Assembly (NCBI GenBank): GCA_050575255.1
Contig: JBNZDD010013634.1
Span: 3,073,538-3,137,537, forward strand
DNA: 64,000 nucleotides
Direction of reading: 5' to 3'
DNA from: Harriotta raleighana
Taxonomy: Eukaryota
In this document: one piece after another, positions 25,549-37,952 of the stretch
How positions within the stretch are numbered: position 1 is the first letter of the stretch
Layout of the letters: every line of letters starts with the position of its first letter
Notes under the pieces: generated by a model
The model's input: only the letters and a program-made list of their open reading frames with translations
What the model was told of the DNA's origin: nothing
The model's database searches: none
Translations under genes and position numbers: made by a program

Positions 25549-25737
25549 TATTGTAATACTACCTGACCATTTGCTTTTTAAAAAAACACAAAACAATAAA
25601 GTTCAGGTTAAATTGCAATGTTTGCAGTTGTTCATCTTCCCAACAACTATTGATTTGATACCAAGATTTATAAAATAAATGTTGAAAGCACTGTATGTTA
25701 ATCTCAAATACGAAATGACTGTTTGTATATTTATTAA

Positions 25738-25838
25738 CTCTGTGCCATGCTAATCCTAGTGACATCTATACGAGTGTTTGATGATTACTGTGGGTGTTCC
25801 AGAGGCTGTTGAACTGGTTGGTTTTAGCCCTTGAAGAG
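25738..25838. mobile_element. Possible piggyBac-like miniature element
   Basis: Flanked by TTAA at 25734-37 and 25839-42, with ends CTCT...GCTAA and TTAGC...AGAG. Confidence 0.4.
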
Positions 25839-28800
25839 TTAACGCAGTACAAGAGTGAATTTATATCAAACATGATCAGAGAGCTTACACTGCCCACGTG
25901 CATTTCGCTCTTCACATTTTTATGGCACCATCCAAACCAGGGAATGTTTCATTGATTCTCCTAGATTCTGACAGATGGATCAGGGAGCTCACTAGCCCTG
26001 AAGTAATTGCATAATACCCTTGGGCTGTTTTTACTTAGTAGTCAGACCTTCTCAATTGTAGGCTTGGTCTAAGTGTAGGCATACAAGTTCTCCTCATTAC
26101 CATTACTATCACAGTGGTCTTTCTGCAGTACGAATATAGAAAATTGACTACTTTAGGTTGAGGTGATAAAAAGAATTAGAGATGTCTCCCAAGATTTTCT
26201 ACACCACTGTGTCTCTTGATTGAATTGACTGGTTGGAACAAATTAAAACTAATTAAAACAAGCTTCTGTTGAGTACTCGGGAAGCTATGGTGGAAAGAGT
26301 TGTGACTTTGTGTTGAACTGAGTATTTTGTGGCAAAATATTGAATTCCTAAAGAAAATGAAGTAAATATGCGAGAAATGCGGCTTAATTTCAGGAACAAG
26401 CATGGAGTAGGTATCAACTGATGCAATTCCAATATTCCTAGCAATGTACTGTACTGTGGGGCTCGAAGCTATAAACATTTGACTTAATATATGCAAGTTC
26501 TTTAAACGCTGTGGCAGACAAAATATTAGAGAAACACAGTTCTGCTAGTCACTGAGAACGGAAATAATAAACTATTGCCATGTTACAAAACTGGTCTCTT
26601 AATTAAGAATTGCTGATTTGTGGTATTTTCTTAAAACAAAAGCACAATTTTACATTGATAATTGCACTCTGCTTTTGTATTGGATAACTCGGTGTGTGCC
26701 TTGCTTGTTATGCAGTTACATTTCCGAAAGCACAGTAAAAAATAATCAATACAGTAGCACAGTTGCTTGAGGTGAAAAATTGATTAAATCTTTCTTCATG
26801 GATGCACCAAACTTATCCTGTACTTGTTAGTATACATGAAGTAGCTCCGAATTATTTTTCAAACAATTCTGATAAATTATTCTTTTGCTGAAAATCAAAT
26901 TGGTGACAATTTATTTGATCCTTTATTTCGATTCATTCCTCTGCATGGATGCTCAAAAACCTTTTTAGCCTCAATGTGCAAGCTTGGTTAGCAAACTTAT
27001 GATATGGATGAGTGGATGAGCCCTGTAACCTATCTATTATTTGGTAAATGTATAAATTTGTGTGGATGTTAGTGCTTTTAGAAAGATATCCTGCTATATC
27101 CTGCACAACGCAAGATTCACTCCACTTAATAGAAGATGCTTCATATTCACTGTGGTGACTTAAACTCGCCCCAACACAGCTTATGACAATGTTTGTTGTG
27201 TGTGACAGGATTGATGTATGCTCTCTTGATTGTTCTATCTACTCTACAAAAAAAAGATTGACAAATATCTTGTTCATTGTGATAGTGCTTTGAAATATCT
27301 TCTCAAAATGCACTGCTGCTCTTGTTATTAGGAATAATTCATCAACCAAATACGTGATGTCAAGTAGGCTTTATCAGAATTAATACCTTGATGGCTTTGT
27401 AACTTTGCATTTAACTTCTGGATATAACAATTTGGTCATTTTTGAATAAATCTGAGCAGAGTAGTTTAGGATCCAATATTACCTATTTTGGAGTGCGATG
27501 CATATAATACAACATTGTGATCACACGATTATTAAAATTGCTTCTGCGCACCAATACTGCATGACAGTGAATGGGCATTAATACCTGTCAACCAACTGGT
27601 CCATGATTCAATTCAGACTTGCTCTTCCGGACTGCTTCAAACAGATTCAAAAGTATATTGTGATAAAAGTTTATTTGTAAAACTTTCCAGAAGGATTCCT
27701 CAGTGCTGTATAAGGTTCCCGTAAAGCCTTCCATTCAACCTCCATCTTGGATCAGCTAACTGTTGGAATAGACTTAGGCTGTTAGTGGTTATTTTCATCA
27801 ACATTAGTTGTCCACCTTCCCATTCTGCTTGACAGGGCAACAGTCAGCCGGGTTAATTATAAAGTACAAAGGTGCTTTGTCCTAGAAACGTTTTGGCAGG
27901 AACCCATTGTGAACCTAGGTTCAAGCTGAACTGATACAGCCAATAGATGTAACTTTAACAAATGACGTTGAAATGGGTTTCTTTTGACATTAATGAGGAT
28001 AGATTATGTAGAAATTAATTGGAAATGGTTTGGTGTCTTGGATTTCTATGAGCCGTTTGTGCTACAGTAAGGAAAGATAATAATGGAGCTTCAGTTTACT
28101 GGAGATTTCGGAAGACTGATGAATATAAAATGTGCATTGTTTTCATTTGAGATGATTGTAATAATAGTTTTTACCATTAAATTAATCAGTGCTGAATTAA
28201 AACCGAGAGTTCCTTGCTAATGTAGTCTTGAAAATTTGCATAAAGTTTTCAATAAATCAGTATAGAATGAATGTGGTATGCCTACCTGTATTTGATATTT
28301 TCGTTTTCTTTGAAAAAATGTTTGGTGAATAGCTTGTGAGTCATAGTTTGCAATTAGGATATTAACAAAATCTTAGTTTTCTTTTACACCAAACCATCTT
28401 ATTTTCAATCTCTTCCCTCCTCTTCCTGTGAATATAGTTACTATACAAACAGTTTTTCAAGTACAGTCATTGAACCTATTTATTGAATGTGCTCCTTCCC
28501 TCTTAATGCTTTTTTTTTTGCAAATGATTAAAAATTAATGGACTTTGTAGGCAGCAAGATAATTTGAGAAAGTTACATCCTGCACTCTCCACCTTTATAC
28601 CAATGGATGTGGTATTATTAATCCTTGCACTTTATATTGCACTGGACCATTTGAAAGAATACTGCAAATTATTCCAGTCATTAGGGGTGTTGATGGAGCG
28701 GATATTTATTTTACAAGGTATATTTTATTAGTTACTCATCAGTTCTCAGCATATTTAAATCCATATCATGGATATTGCCATTTGATCAATGGGACTAGTT

Positions 28801-30189
28801 CTTTTCCACTCGGCACCTCCATTAACAGGCTATTTTGGAACCGATCAATTGCTTAGATTGCTATTTTGCTTTTAATTTGGGCAGCTAATGTTTGCAATTA
28901 TCTCGAATTTAATAAGAAGCAACAAGTCTTTATTAACTGTATCACGAGTGGCAAATGGTTTATTTTGATTGTTCAAACCTGCACAAAAAATTGCAAGACA
29001 AGTGTTTTGAGAGCTCGGTTGGTGCATTTCCTTAAAACATAAATCACCACAGTGTCGGTCTTCAATTCTGCTCCTCGTCATTTGTGGGTCCTTGTATAAC
29101 ATTATTGGCAGAAAGACACAATTGAAAATACTGACATCGGATTACTCCCTATCGCAGTCTAATGTGTTTTGTATGTAAGCTGAATATTACTCAATAGAAT
29201 ATTTTGCTTGATGCCATTAGGATTTAAAAAAATATATATCATACACAGGAAATTATTTTCCAGAAATCTGGAATTCTAGAGGTGGGGATCGCCCCCACCA
29301 TTGAGCGAGTGTAGAAATGTTTCTGGTTTGATATTTACCCTCTTTTGATTCTGATGGATATTGCAGCTTTGTAACCTATTTCTGGTCTCAATCCAGTCTA
29401 GTTTCTCTGTCCTTGGGACCCCCCCCCACCCCGCCCCACCCCCTCTTCCCCCGACAGAGCTTTTGTGCTGCGTAAAGCTTTATGCAGTGGCCTGGGTGAC
29501 ATCTGGCAAAACCTGCCCACTGACAGCTGGTGAGCTTGAGAGTCATTCAGGGTTGTGATACGATCGCCTCATCCTGAATCCCACTTGGCAGCGACGCCGG
29601 GCATCACTTGTTCCAGTTAACAAAGATTCTGTGTTATGATGAGGCTGAACTTTTGGAGCCAAACTACAAGCAAATACATTTGAAGTACAGGATAGATCAC
29701 TGTAGAGGTGACTGCGTTATAATATCTATAAAAGCTGATGTGAGCATTGCTCACTGATTATTTTTAAGGACGCCTACTTTTACTGCCCGACTGAGCTGGT
29801 CGTTTTATTGCATTAAGGTATTTCAGCTGAAGCAGCTTCACATTGAAAAGGTTACCCAATAATCTGTCCTTTGAGTACTTTGCAACTCAGCCCAACTCTG
29901 TGATGTTGCTTTTATGTCAGTGAATGAGGAACAGTATTATGCACAAGTACCATGTAAGCAATTGTGGAAGTATTTTGTGCTGTGAGTGGATTTGAGAAAA
30001 AACAAATTAATGACTATAAAATATAATAAAACAGCTTGTGCTTATACAGTATTGCGTGTTCTGTTTTCCACTGTTCTTGGATTCAAAGTTTGGGAAGCCA
30101 ACAGAAGCTCCTGCTCCACCTCTTTGCAGCTCAGTTGTGTATGCTGCCTTGATTCTGCTCTACCCCATTCTACCATGCACCAAGTCACA

Positions 30190-30531
30190 AGTCCTGTTTG
30201 CCTGTTCATGTGGATGTTAAAGATCCCATTTGAAAGGAGAGAGGAGGTTCTCCTGAAATCTTGGCCAACAATTCTCCCAGATAAAATTGATCATTCACAT
30301 CACGACTGTTTGTGGGACATTGCTTGATTCAAAATTAGCTGCCCGTTTGCTGTCAGAAATACACCGTCACTACTGCACTTTACAGTTTTGCAGCCTGCCA
30401 TTCCGTCCTCCCAACGCTCTACCAATGTAATTTTGTTATTTGTTTTTGTTGTTGCTGTTTTGTGAAGCACTTTGAGATGTTACGACAACACGATGAATGC
30501 CATATCAAATGCAATGATTATCATTATTATT
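30190..30531 (+). mobile_element. Deu-domain SINE 3' two-thirds, with an L2 family A tail inserted at about 30400-30460
   Basis: GTCCTGTTTGCCTGTTCATGTGGATGTTAAAGATCCCAT...GTTCTCCTG...TGGCCAACAATTCTCCC is the Deu-type core; the shared SINE tail follows. Confidence 0.8.
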
Positions 30532-31565
30532 AATGTCAGAAATCTGTTTTCTGTGTGCTCAGACCAGCTGTGAAATTAATTTGCTGTTTGTCCTAAATCA
30601 TTGTGGTTCCAAATTTGGAGAAGCGATTATGTTACAATTAATGAATCAACATGGAGAGGTTAAAATTGGATATCACAAAATATTGACTTTTGTATGACAC
30701 AAGAACACATGAGTTTTTAGATTACACCAGTTGAGGTTTTTCAAACAGTGATAGGTACTGTGTGTGTGTAGCTAGAGGTATGTTGTGTATGTAAATTGCA
30801 AGCATTTGACTATAGTTTTGTGTTTTATGAGATCAGTATTTGCAATATGCTGCATATCATTGTGTAATGAGTGCATTTCTTTATACAGCATATATAACTA
30901 TTTTTCATCTAATTTATGTGTACAGATTCTAAATCAAGCCCATAACGACCCCTCATATCAATGCACAGCCATTCAATTAAATATTTTGGAACATTAACTG
31001 TGATATCTGCAGGCTTTTTCTAATGATGCCCACTGACTGTTATATTTAACTAGCAGCTAATACTAAAAGCAGTGTCCTTGCAACTAGGATTGGCACAGCA
31101 TCCATCCTTGGTCCACTGACCTTGTATGCGTGTGATTCTTGAGCCATTGCACTTCCTAATTATGTATGCCTTGTGGTGGCCGGTGATACCCCATTAAAAG
31201 TACAAGTGTGACCAAAACGTTAAGAAAGGGTTAAACCTGACCCTTTTCAAATGAACACACAACTTGATCTTGCATGTAATCATAGTCATTTACCAGTAGG
31301 TGCTCCTGTGGTTACCAGTATTTCAGATAATCAGCTATCTTAAATAACCTCGATTCCGAATGTATGAAAATATTGCCCTTTAGGCAAGACCGAACTGTTG
31401 TCCAAATCATCGCACTTGTGCAGCCTGGTAGGTCGAGTCATAGTTCAAGCCCAGGGCTTTCTGCCACTCAGATGGGCTTCTCTTGGTTGGGTGAACACAA
31501 GCTGCTGATCAGAAGAGCATGTTACTATAAACCATTCCATTCTTGAAGAGGTTAAAAACCGCTGA

Positions 31566-31628
31566 AGCGCTCTGAGACTCTACCCCGAGTGAGGGGTGCT
31601 GTATGAATGCATGTTGTTGTTGTTGTTT
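31566..31628 (+). mobile_element. Short L2-type 3' tail, family B variant
   Basis: GCGCTCTGAGACTCTACCCCGAGTGAGGGGTGCTGTATGAATGCA followed by (TGT)n. Confidence 0.8.
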
Positions 31629-31724
31629 TCAACCCAACTTGTCCCCACTTCAGCAGTGGCTATTTTGTTGTGTGACTGATCAGAGCTGCGTTGATTTGGA
31701 GCATGGCAAATTCCACGGCGGATT

Positions 31725-32046
31725 ATAATAATAGTAATCATCCTTGAATTTGATATAGCGCTTTACATATCTTCCAGACGTCTCAAAGGGCTTCACAGAA
31801 TATATTGTAAAGTAAATTGACTGTGTATTTGTGGGCGAAACGCGGCAGCCAATTGCGCACAGCAATGTCTCACACACGGTCATGGATTGAAATGATCAAT
31901 TTATTATAGGTTTTTTGGGGACAGATTATTATTAGGCGTGTGGAATGAGGAAACTTGCCCAAGGTTTCACTCTGACCTGCCTGGAATCGAAACACAGGTC
32001 TCACGCTTGTAAGGCGAGTGCTATAACCGCTGAGCTACAGGATTTC
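31725..32046 (-). mobile_element. Full-length short-form SINE
   Basis: Reverse complement of the 33071 copy over its whole length. Confidence 0.93.
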
Positions 32047-32974
32047 TTTGTGCTCCAGATAAACATCTCCTTCAATGAATTTGATGCTGAATGTAGAGAG
32101 CTAGGATAATAATAACAATCTTGTGGATGAAAGTAAACATGTGAGTATTGGGAGGTTAGATCCAGCTCCGATCTCCATCATTGGGCAGCTGCTCACTGCT
32201 CAGATTCACACTCGAAGAATTGTCACTTGATCACGACAAACTGAGAGGATGACCAGTGCCTGTTGTGGTTTACTCCTGTATAGAGATACCTCTCACTGCC
32301 TTCAGGGGAAGAGAAAAGGAAATTGAGACACTCCCTCTCTTCCATGGCATGAAAATGCAGCTTGTTTAGCTGGACAGTTTAGGCTGGACAGCTAACTGTT
32401 TGCTCATGCTCCTCCTTGCCTGTTCTCTCAGCTTTTTTTTCATAAGCTGATCTGATTCTCTGATAGAAGCAGAGAAGAAAAGTCCTTTATTTTTGCTGTG
32501 TTGTATCCATCAGCTGGTTCTGGTCTGTTGAGCGACGCTGTTGCAGACCGAAGCTTTGCTGAAGTGGAACAGATCTGTGGAAAGGTGCTTGGCAGGAAAC
32601 TTGACATTTCTGAGCCTTTGCATGATGGATGCGCTCAAAAAGCTGCTACACTAGACCTCTGCTCAACTCTAATTTCAGGACTGCGTGCAGTTTCAGAATA
32701 CGTGCCTTGATCAACTCTAATCATTTACCGAAGTGCTTCCTGAAAGCATTCACCCTCATTAAAAGCAGAGGGATGACAGCTTAAACACGCGATGCGTGTA
32801 CAATTTCTCTCTGCTCTTAAGAAACAAGCGCACGACCGAGCAAGTGTTAGTTGTTTTAAATTGCACCACAACAAATGGGGTGATCACAAAGCAAAAGCAT
32901 TGGGTACGGTAGAAAGCAGTGTTAGACGCTTTGTGCGCTTTGCTCACATGCCTTTGTCCAGTGAGCTTCACCGA

Positions 32975-33037
32975 CAGCATTCCAAGACTCCATCCAACGA
33001 GACTGTCGCTATATAAATGCAGATTGTTGTTGTTGTT
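32975..33037 (+). mobile_element. Short L2-type 3' tail
   Basis: GCTATATAAATGCAGA followed by (TTG)n. Confidence 0.6.
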
Positions 33038-33070
33038 TCTTGTGAAGTGCAGTCAGTGCCATTTCCATGT

Positions 33071-33394
33071 GGAACTCCTGTAGCTCAGTGGTTAGAGCGC
33101 CCGCCTTACAAGCGTGAGACTTGTGTTCGAATCCAGGCAGGTCAGGGCGAAATCTTGGGCAAGATTCTTTATTCCACACGCCTAATAATAATCTGTCCCA
33201 AAACAGCCACAATAATAAAATTGGTCATTTCGATCCACGACTGTTTTGGGACGCTGCTGTGCGCCATTGGCTGCTGCGTTTCGCCCACAAATATACAGTC
33301 AGTTCACTTCACAGTATATTCAGTGATGTGCTTTAAGACGTTGATAAGATGTGAAAAGCGCTATATCAAAAGCAAGGATTATTATTATTATTAT
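33071..33394 (+). mobile_element. Full-length young tRNA-derived SINE (SINE2-1_CM-like), reference copy for this window
   Basis: Pol III A box TAGCTCAGTGG (33081-91), B box GTTCGAATCC (33125-34), body repeated about 30 times in the window, L2-like tail ending (ATT)n. Confidence 0.95.
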
Positions 33395-34270
33395 GAGGGA
33401 TAGCAGAACTCTGAAGATGGATGGATGATCCACTTTTGTATTGAATGATGCCAGATTTTATGTACTGCGATTCACCAGTGCACTGGACAGGGTGTCCTAT
33501 TACCCACCCCCTACCTCCCCCACTTCAATGTGTTTTACTTTCTTCTTACAATGAGATTTTTATTTTCTGTGACTGCAGGGGAGCTGAAACAAGCTGTCAG
33601 AGACGCATTTCCCCTCATCACTCCATCCACGTTACTGAAGGCGTTGCCCTAGACGTGGTGACGGATCATTATCTGCCATGGAAATAATGCCCGCTCACAC
33701 TCACTCACACTGATCCTTTGGTCTAAATACAGTTATACAATTTTCATCATTCTTCCAAATGTTTCAGTTGTTGGTCAGTGCACTGTAGGAAAAAAGCACA
33801 TTGGTGTCACAGGAATTTGTGAACACTCGGTATTTTCATGGCATTGATATTGAAATGGATCAATTGATATTGCGCGGAAGAATGCACTGATGCAGGATTT
33901 TGTGTTCATGGTACAGATACTCTGGCTCCTCTCAGCTGGCTGTGAAAGCATTACTGGCTCAGTTGTGACTAGAAACAGCAGATCCAACAATTAATGTCAT
34001 ATCAACCACATTTGCTATCAACTACTCAGGGGACAGCGCAATTTGTATTGTGGATTTCGACATTAATCTATACAAAGTCCCAGAAAAGAGAAATTCTAAT
34101 TCGAAGCAAGTCACAAGTAACAGAGGAACTGGAGAGGGAGACGCCAGTCTATTTAAGGATGTACTCTCTCCATTAGCACTCTTCTTTTCCAACCACTCCC
34201 CCATCAATTTTCTTTCTTCTTAATGTAAAGGCATTTCCTCTCAAAGAGATACTGTTCCATAGGCCCATGT

Positions 34271-34623
34271 AGCTTTCCTGTTACCTCATGCTAATGGCCA
34301 TGGGTGAAACAGTGTTTCAAGCTTTATTATACTGAAAGTCAGCACCAGGTTCCAGACTGCTCCTGTCACCAGTGACATCCACACAGATGCTGTCTTTCAG
34401 TGAGCATTGGATAAGTGGTCAGGACCAATATCATTTCAGGCTGATTTTGTTTTCTTTGCCTGTAACCCAGGAGTAGAAAGGGCAATTGTAACACACTGAT
34501 TAGTGCTCGGAGTCAATCAGCAAACTCAGCACGGACCAGAGACCAAACCTGGGACCTTCCTGGTTAATATGAGTCACAGTATTCCAGGCGGTGTTTCATA
34601 ACTCAGCCTTTGGAGAAATTCCC
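34271..34623 (-). mobile_element. LF-SINE-like element, near full length and degenerate
   Basis: The reverse complement has, in order, ACCAGGAAGGTCCCAGGTT, GTGCTGAGTTTGCTGAT, ACAATTGCC, AAAATCAGCC, TCCTGA, GTGTGGATGTC and ATGGCCA..GAGGTA, collinear with the LF-SINE consensus as I recall it. Confidence 0.75.
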
Positions 34624-34675
34624 TCGTCCTTTTCCTTTAAGCTAAACCAACTTCTTTGGGACTGATTTTAAATAA

Positions 34676-35110
34676 TTTTGCCCACATGTTTACTATATCA
34701 AATGCAGGGATTATTATTATTATATGACAGTCAATTCACTTTACAGTATATTCTATGAAGTGCTTTGAGACGTCTAGAAGATGGGGAAAGAGCTGTAGTA
34801 ATAATAATAATAATCCTTGTATTTGATTTAGTGCTTTTCACACCTTATCGATCTCTCAAAGTGCTTCACAGAAAATATTGTAAAGTGAATTGACTATATT
34901 TGTGGGCGAAACACGGCAGCCAATTACGCACAGCTGTGTCCCACAAACAGTCATGGATTGAAATGACCAATTTTTATTATTTATGTTCGGATTATTATTA
35001 GGCATGTGGAGTAAGGAAACTTGCCCAAGGTTTCACTCTGATCTGCCTGGATTCGAACACAGGTCTTAGCTACAGGAGCTATATCAAATGCAAAGATTAT
35101 TATTATTATT
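34676..35110. mobile_element. Nested SINE cluster: a + strand 3' piece (34727-34797 and 35076-35110) split by a - strand SINE (34799-35080), plus a small + fragment at 34676-34722
   Basis: The host tail reads AAAGAGCTGTA, then the inverted SINE, then GAGCTATATCAAATGCAAAGATTATT. Confidence 0.85.
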
Positions 35111-35127
35111 AAATCAGTCAATGGGAA

Positions 35128-35173
35128 ATGTCCCGACCTGACAGGCGCTATACAGATGTAATTTTGTTGTTGT
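35128..35173 (+). mobile_element. Short L2 family A tail
   Basis: CCCGACCTGACAGGCGCTATACAGATGTAATTTTGTTGTTG. Confidence 0.75.
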
Positions 35174-36139
35174 AAATGATGATTTATCTTTGAATTTCTG
35201 GGCCATTTTTCTTTGGGTTTAAATAGCTGAATGCCTTCCTGGTGAGACCTGACTCCAGTCGCTTATTTGCCAGATCCACATCCAATAGAATGCATTTCAG
35301 CTATTCGGCATTGCTCTATACCTGGTCAACAGTATCTTAGTTTTATGCTTGTTCATCTTCAGATCAAATAGCTTCCTGGTTTGAAAAGGTGAATTTTTTT
35401 TTGGCAACCTATTCTGATTGCACTTATTTAAGCAAACTTACCATCCAGCTAAACATTCCCACCTCCCCTAAAGTCTTCCAATCTATTATATGGAATGCAT
35501 ACAAACACATTTCCAAATCTGTCTCCCAGGATGAATAACAGGAATTATTTCTAGATGGTTGTGCACATCTCTTAAAAAGCCAACATGCAGTGTAGAAAAT
35601 CAAAGATTAAACTTTGACTCTTATAACAGTGCAGTGTGAAGGGGGAGCTGCCTTTTCTCCTGAGAGGCGTTTGCTTATCAAGTGTGAAATGATGTTGGGA
35701 GCCAGAAAGAATGTGCGATTGTCGTCCAGTTTGATGAAGCAAAGCATGAAGTACTGGGTCAGAGCAAGAGTTCCCTCTGCGTTTCTTCTGCAAGCAGCTG
35801 AGTGCACTTACACCAAGTACCAAGATTAATGCAGTTAGTGTGTTCATTGCGAGTTCCCCTGTACTCGGACATCAGCTGCTGTAGAGTTTGGCCCCTTTGT
35901 ATTCATTCAAACCAGATGGCGAGGCTGATTGGAGCACATTCTTCGCTTATCAATCTTTTACCCCATCAATCCCCAGATCAGCCGATGGAAAGTGTGATTT
36001 GAGTGAGTGGACTATGATGCCTATCCATTTACTTGCAATCGATCTCTTTGCCACAAGCTGAATGGTGTGTATAATTCTAAAATGGAGTCACTGGCACACT
36101 GCATGGAAGTTGCAAGATGCAACTTTTACCTGGATATTA

Positions 36140-36250
36140 AATAATAATAATAATAATAATACTTGCATTTGACAAAGCGACTTATCACATCGTTGAGACG
36201 TCTCAAAGCGCTTCACAGATTATATTGTAACGTGAATTGACTTCGCATTT
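36140..36250 (-). mobile_element. SINE 3' fragment
   Basis: (AAT)n then ACTTGCATTTGA...GACGTCTCAAAGCGCTTCACAG. Confidence 0.85.
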
Positions 36251-36584
36251 TTGGGGTAGGGAGAAGGGGTGAGGCTCAGACTAATGCTTTAGCACACTTA
36301 TGGCAATTGATGTTTGTACAGGAATAGTTTTGTCCCTGAACTGCACCTTGGCATTTGTATGGTGAGGAGGGCAGGGAGGTGGAGTAGGGGGATGCGGCCA
36401 TGTTTGAAGGTGACATGGAGCCTGTGTGGTGGTGAGGAGGGAGAGGGCGGTAGCTATCACTGATGCTGCCATAGAGACTAAGCACCTGTCTTAGAAGGGA
36501 CTGACCACTCAACCCCCTTAACTCCCCATTAACACCTCCCCCAATCTGTGTACGCAGGTTTCAATGTAAGATTGAGTACTGCGT

Positions 36585-37185
36585 ATGAATAAATAGGCTA
36601 ATTGAATAATTCTCATTCAGTCATCGCTTTACAGGGAAGTAAGCCATTAAGATGCAGTTCACTTTAGTGTGGATTTGGCATTAGTGAACGCATATGTAGC
36701 TTTGAATTTCCTTAAAAGAGAATAGGTTCCGAGTTGAGCTAAATTAGATTGCTAATGATCATGTACTTAGCGGTTTGTGAGTGTGTACTCTGGAGAGGTC
36801 TTAACAATAGGCTGAGCTGTAAATGGCAGTTTTACCACGTGCTGGGAGAGAGCCTTGGCAGACAATCTCCTGACTAGACACAAGACCAGTCTTGCCGCGT
36901 TAAGCACAGTGCAGTGAGATTTTCAGTCATTGCTTCTTTGTTTGATTGATGTCAAGCACCCAAATATATAATTAAACTGCATTCATCCAGATATTTCAAA
37001 ATAATTGTACCCCCAGGGTTGGATTCTCCCTCCCCCCTCCCCCACTCTCAGACAGTGGGGGCAAAACAAGACCCTCAGTGTCTAGAAGCAGCTGTATTAG
37101 CACCTGTCACAGAGCTCGATTCCTAATTATCTGCGAGGGAGATTAGCATTTCAGGTGTGATTTCTCATTAGAACAGAGACAACAG
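36585..37185. promoter_or_regulatory. Candidate enhancer-like blocks at 36585-36790 and 37085-37185
   Basis: Repeat-free, with TAAT/ATTA clusters, E-boxes CACCTG and CAGGTG, a TGTCA site and CTAATTA. Conservation was not tested. Confidence 0.25.
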
Positions 37186-37786
37186 CACTGGGGGGACGGA
37201 GAACAGTGAGAAGGACCAGGACACCAAAAGACATTAAGAAGACATTTTCAATTGTAACGTCTGACTTCTTCCTTATTGCCTTCGTTGCCTTGGTGTGATC
37301 TGTATTGACCTATATTACAAGGCATTTCCAGCAAACTGGAGTTCCCATTGTGTTTCAAGGCTCTTTGCACGTTGCAATGTTGGCCCACTTTCTCTTCAAG
37401 TTGCTGCTCAAACTGCTGTGTATTGAAAACACTGTTTTCATGTTGGTTTTCCAGAATTCATAACAATATTTCTGCTGATGTATTTTTAAGTCAACATAGC
37501 AGCATGATAACAATTCAAGGCAGGCATACTGCATTAGTCTACACACACAACTTCCCCAAAGACTCCTTCGATACCTTTATCACTAAATATAATGAATCTG
37601 AATCCTCTGATTTGGTGGGAGCTTGTTCAGTTCTTTTTTTGAAACCCTTTTTGGCTTTTGTTCCAAAAAGCTATGCTCATAATTTATTGTATGTACCCGT
37701 CACCCTTTCACTGAAAACCTCCTGCTTATCTTTTTTGTTTCATCGTACTTGTTTTGAAGATGTTATCCCCTTCTTCTTGAATTTTC

Positions 37787-37952
37787 AATAATAATTAATT
37801 TAATATAGCACCTTATCACATTGTCATGACACCTCAAAGCGCTTCACGGGATATAATGGAAAATGGATTCACTGTATATTTTATGGGTGAGATGCGGCAG
37901 CCAATTGTGCACAGCAAGTGATCCACAAACAGTTGTGGATGGAGTGACCAAA
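37787..37952 (-). mobile_element. SINE 3' half
   Basis: CTCAAAGCGCTTCAC...GCGGCAGCCAATTGTGCACAGCA...CCACAAACAG. Confidence 0.85.

Noticed and set aside
32498-32710. 70-aa ORF after a possible acceptor
   Set aside because: I recognise no homology and see no partner exons, so it is not supportable as a CDS.
33071-33145. tRNA-like sequence with A and B boxes
   Set aside because: It is a SINE head continuing into the SINE body, with no acceptor stem closure or terminator. The same applies to the other heads.
36276-36512. Ser/Pro-rich ORF resembling a transcription-factor segment
   Set aside because: No convincing splice signals or recognisable family; composition alone explains it.
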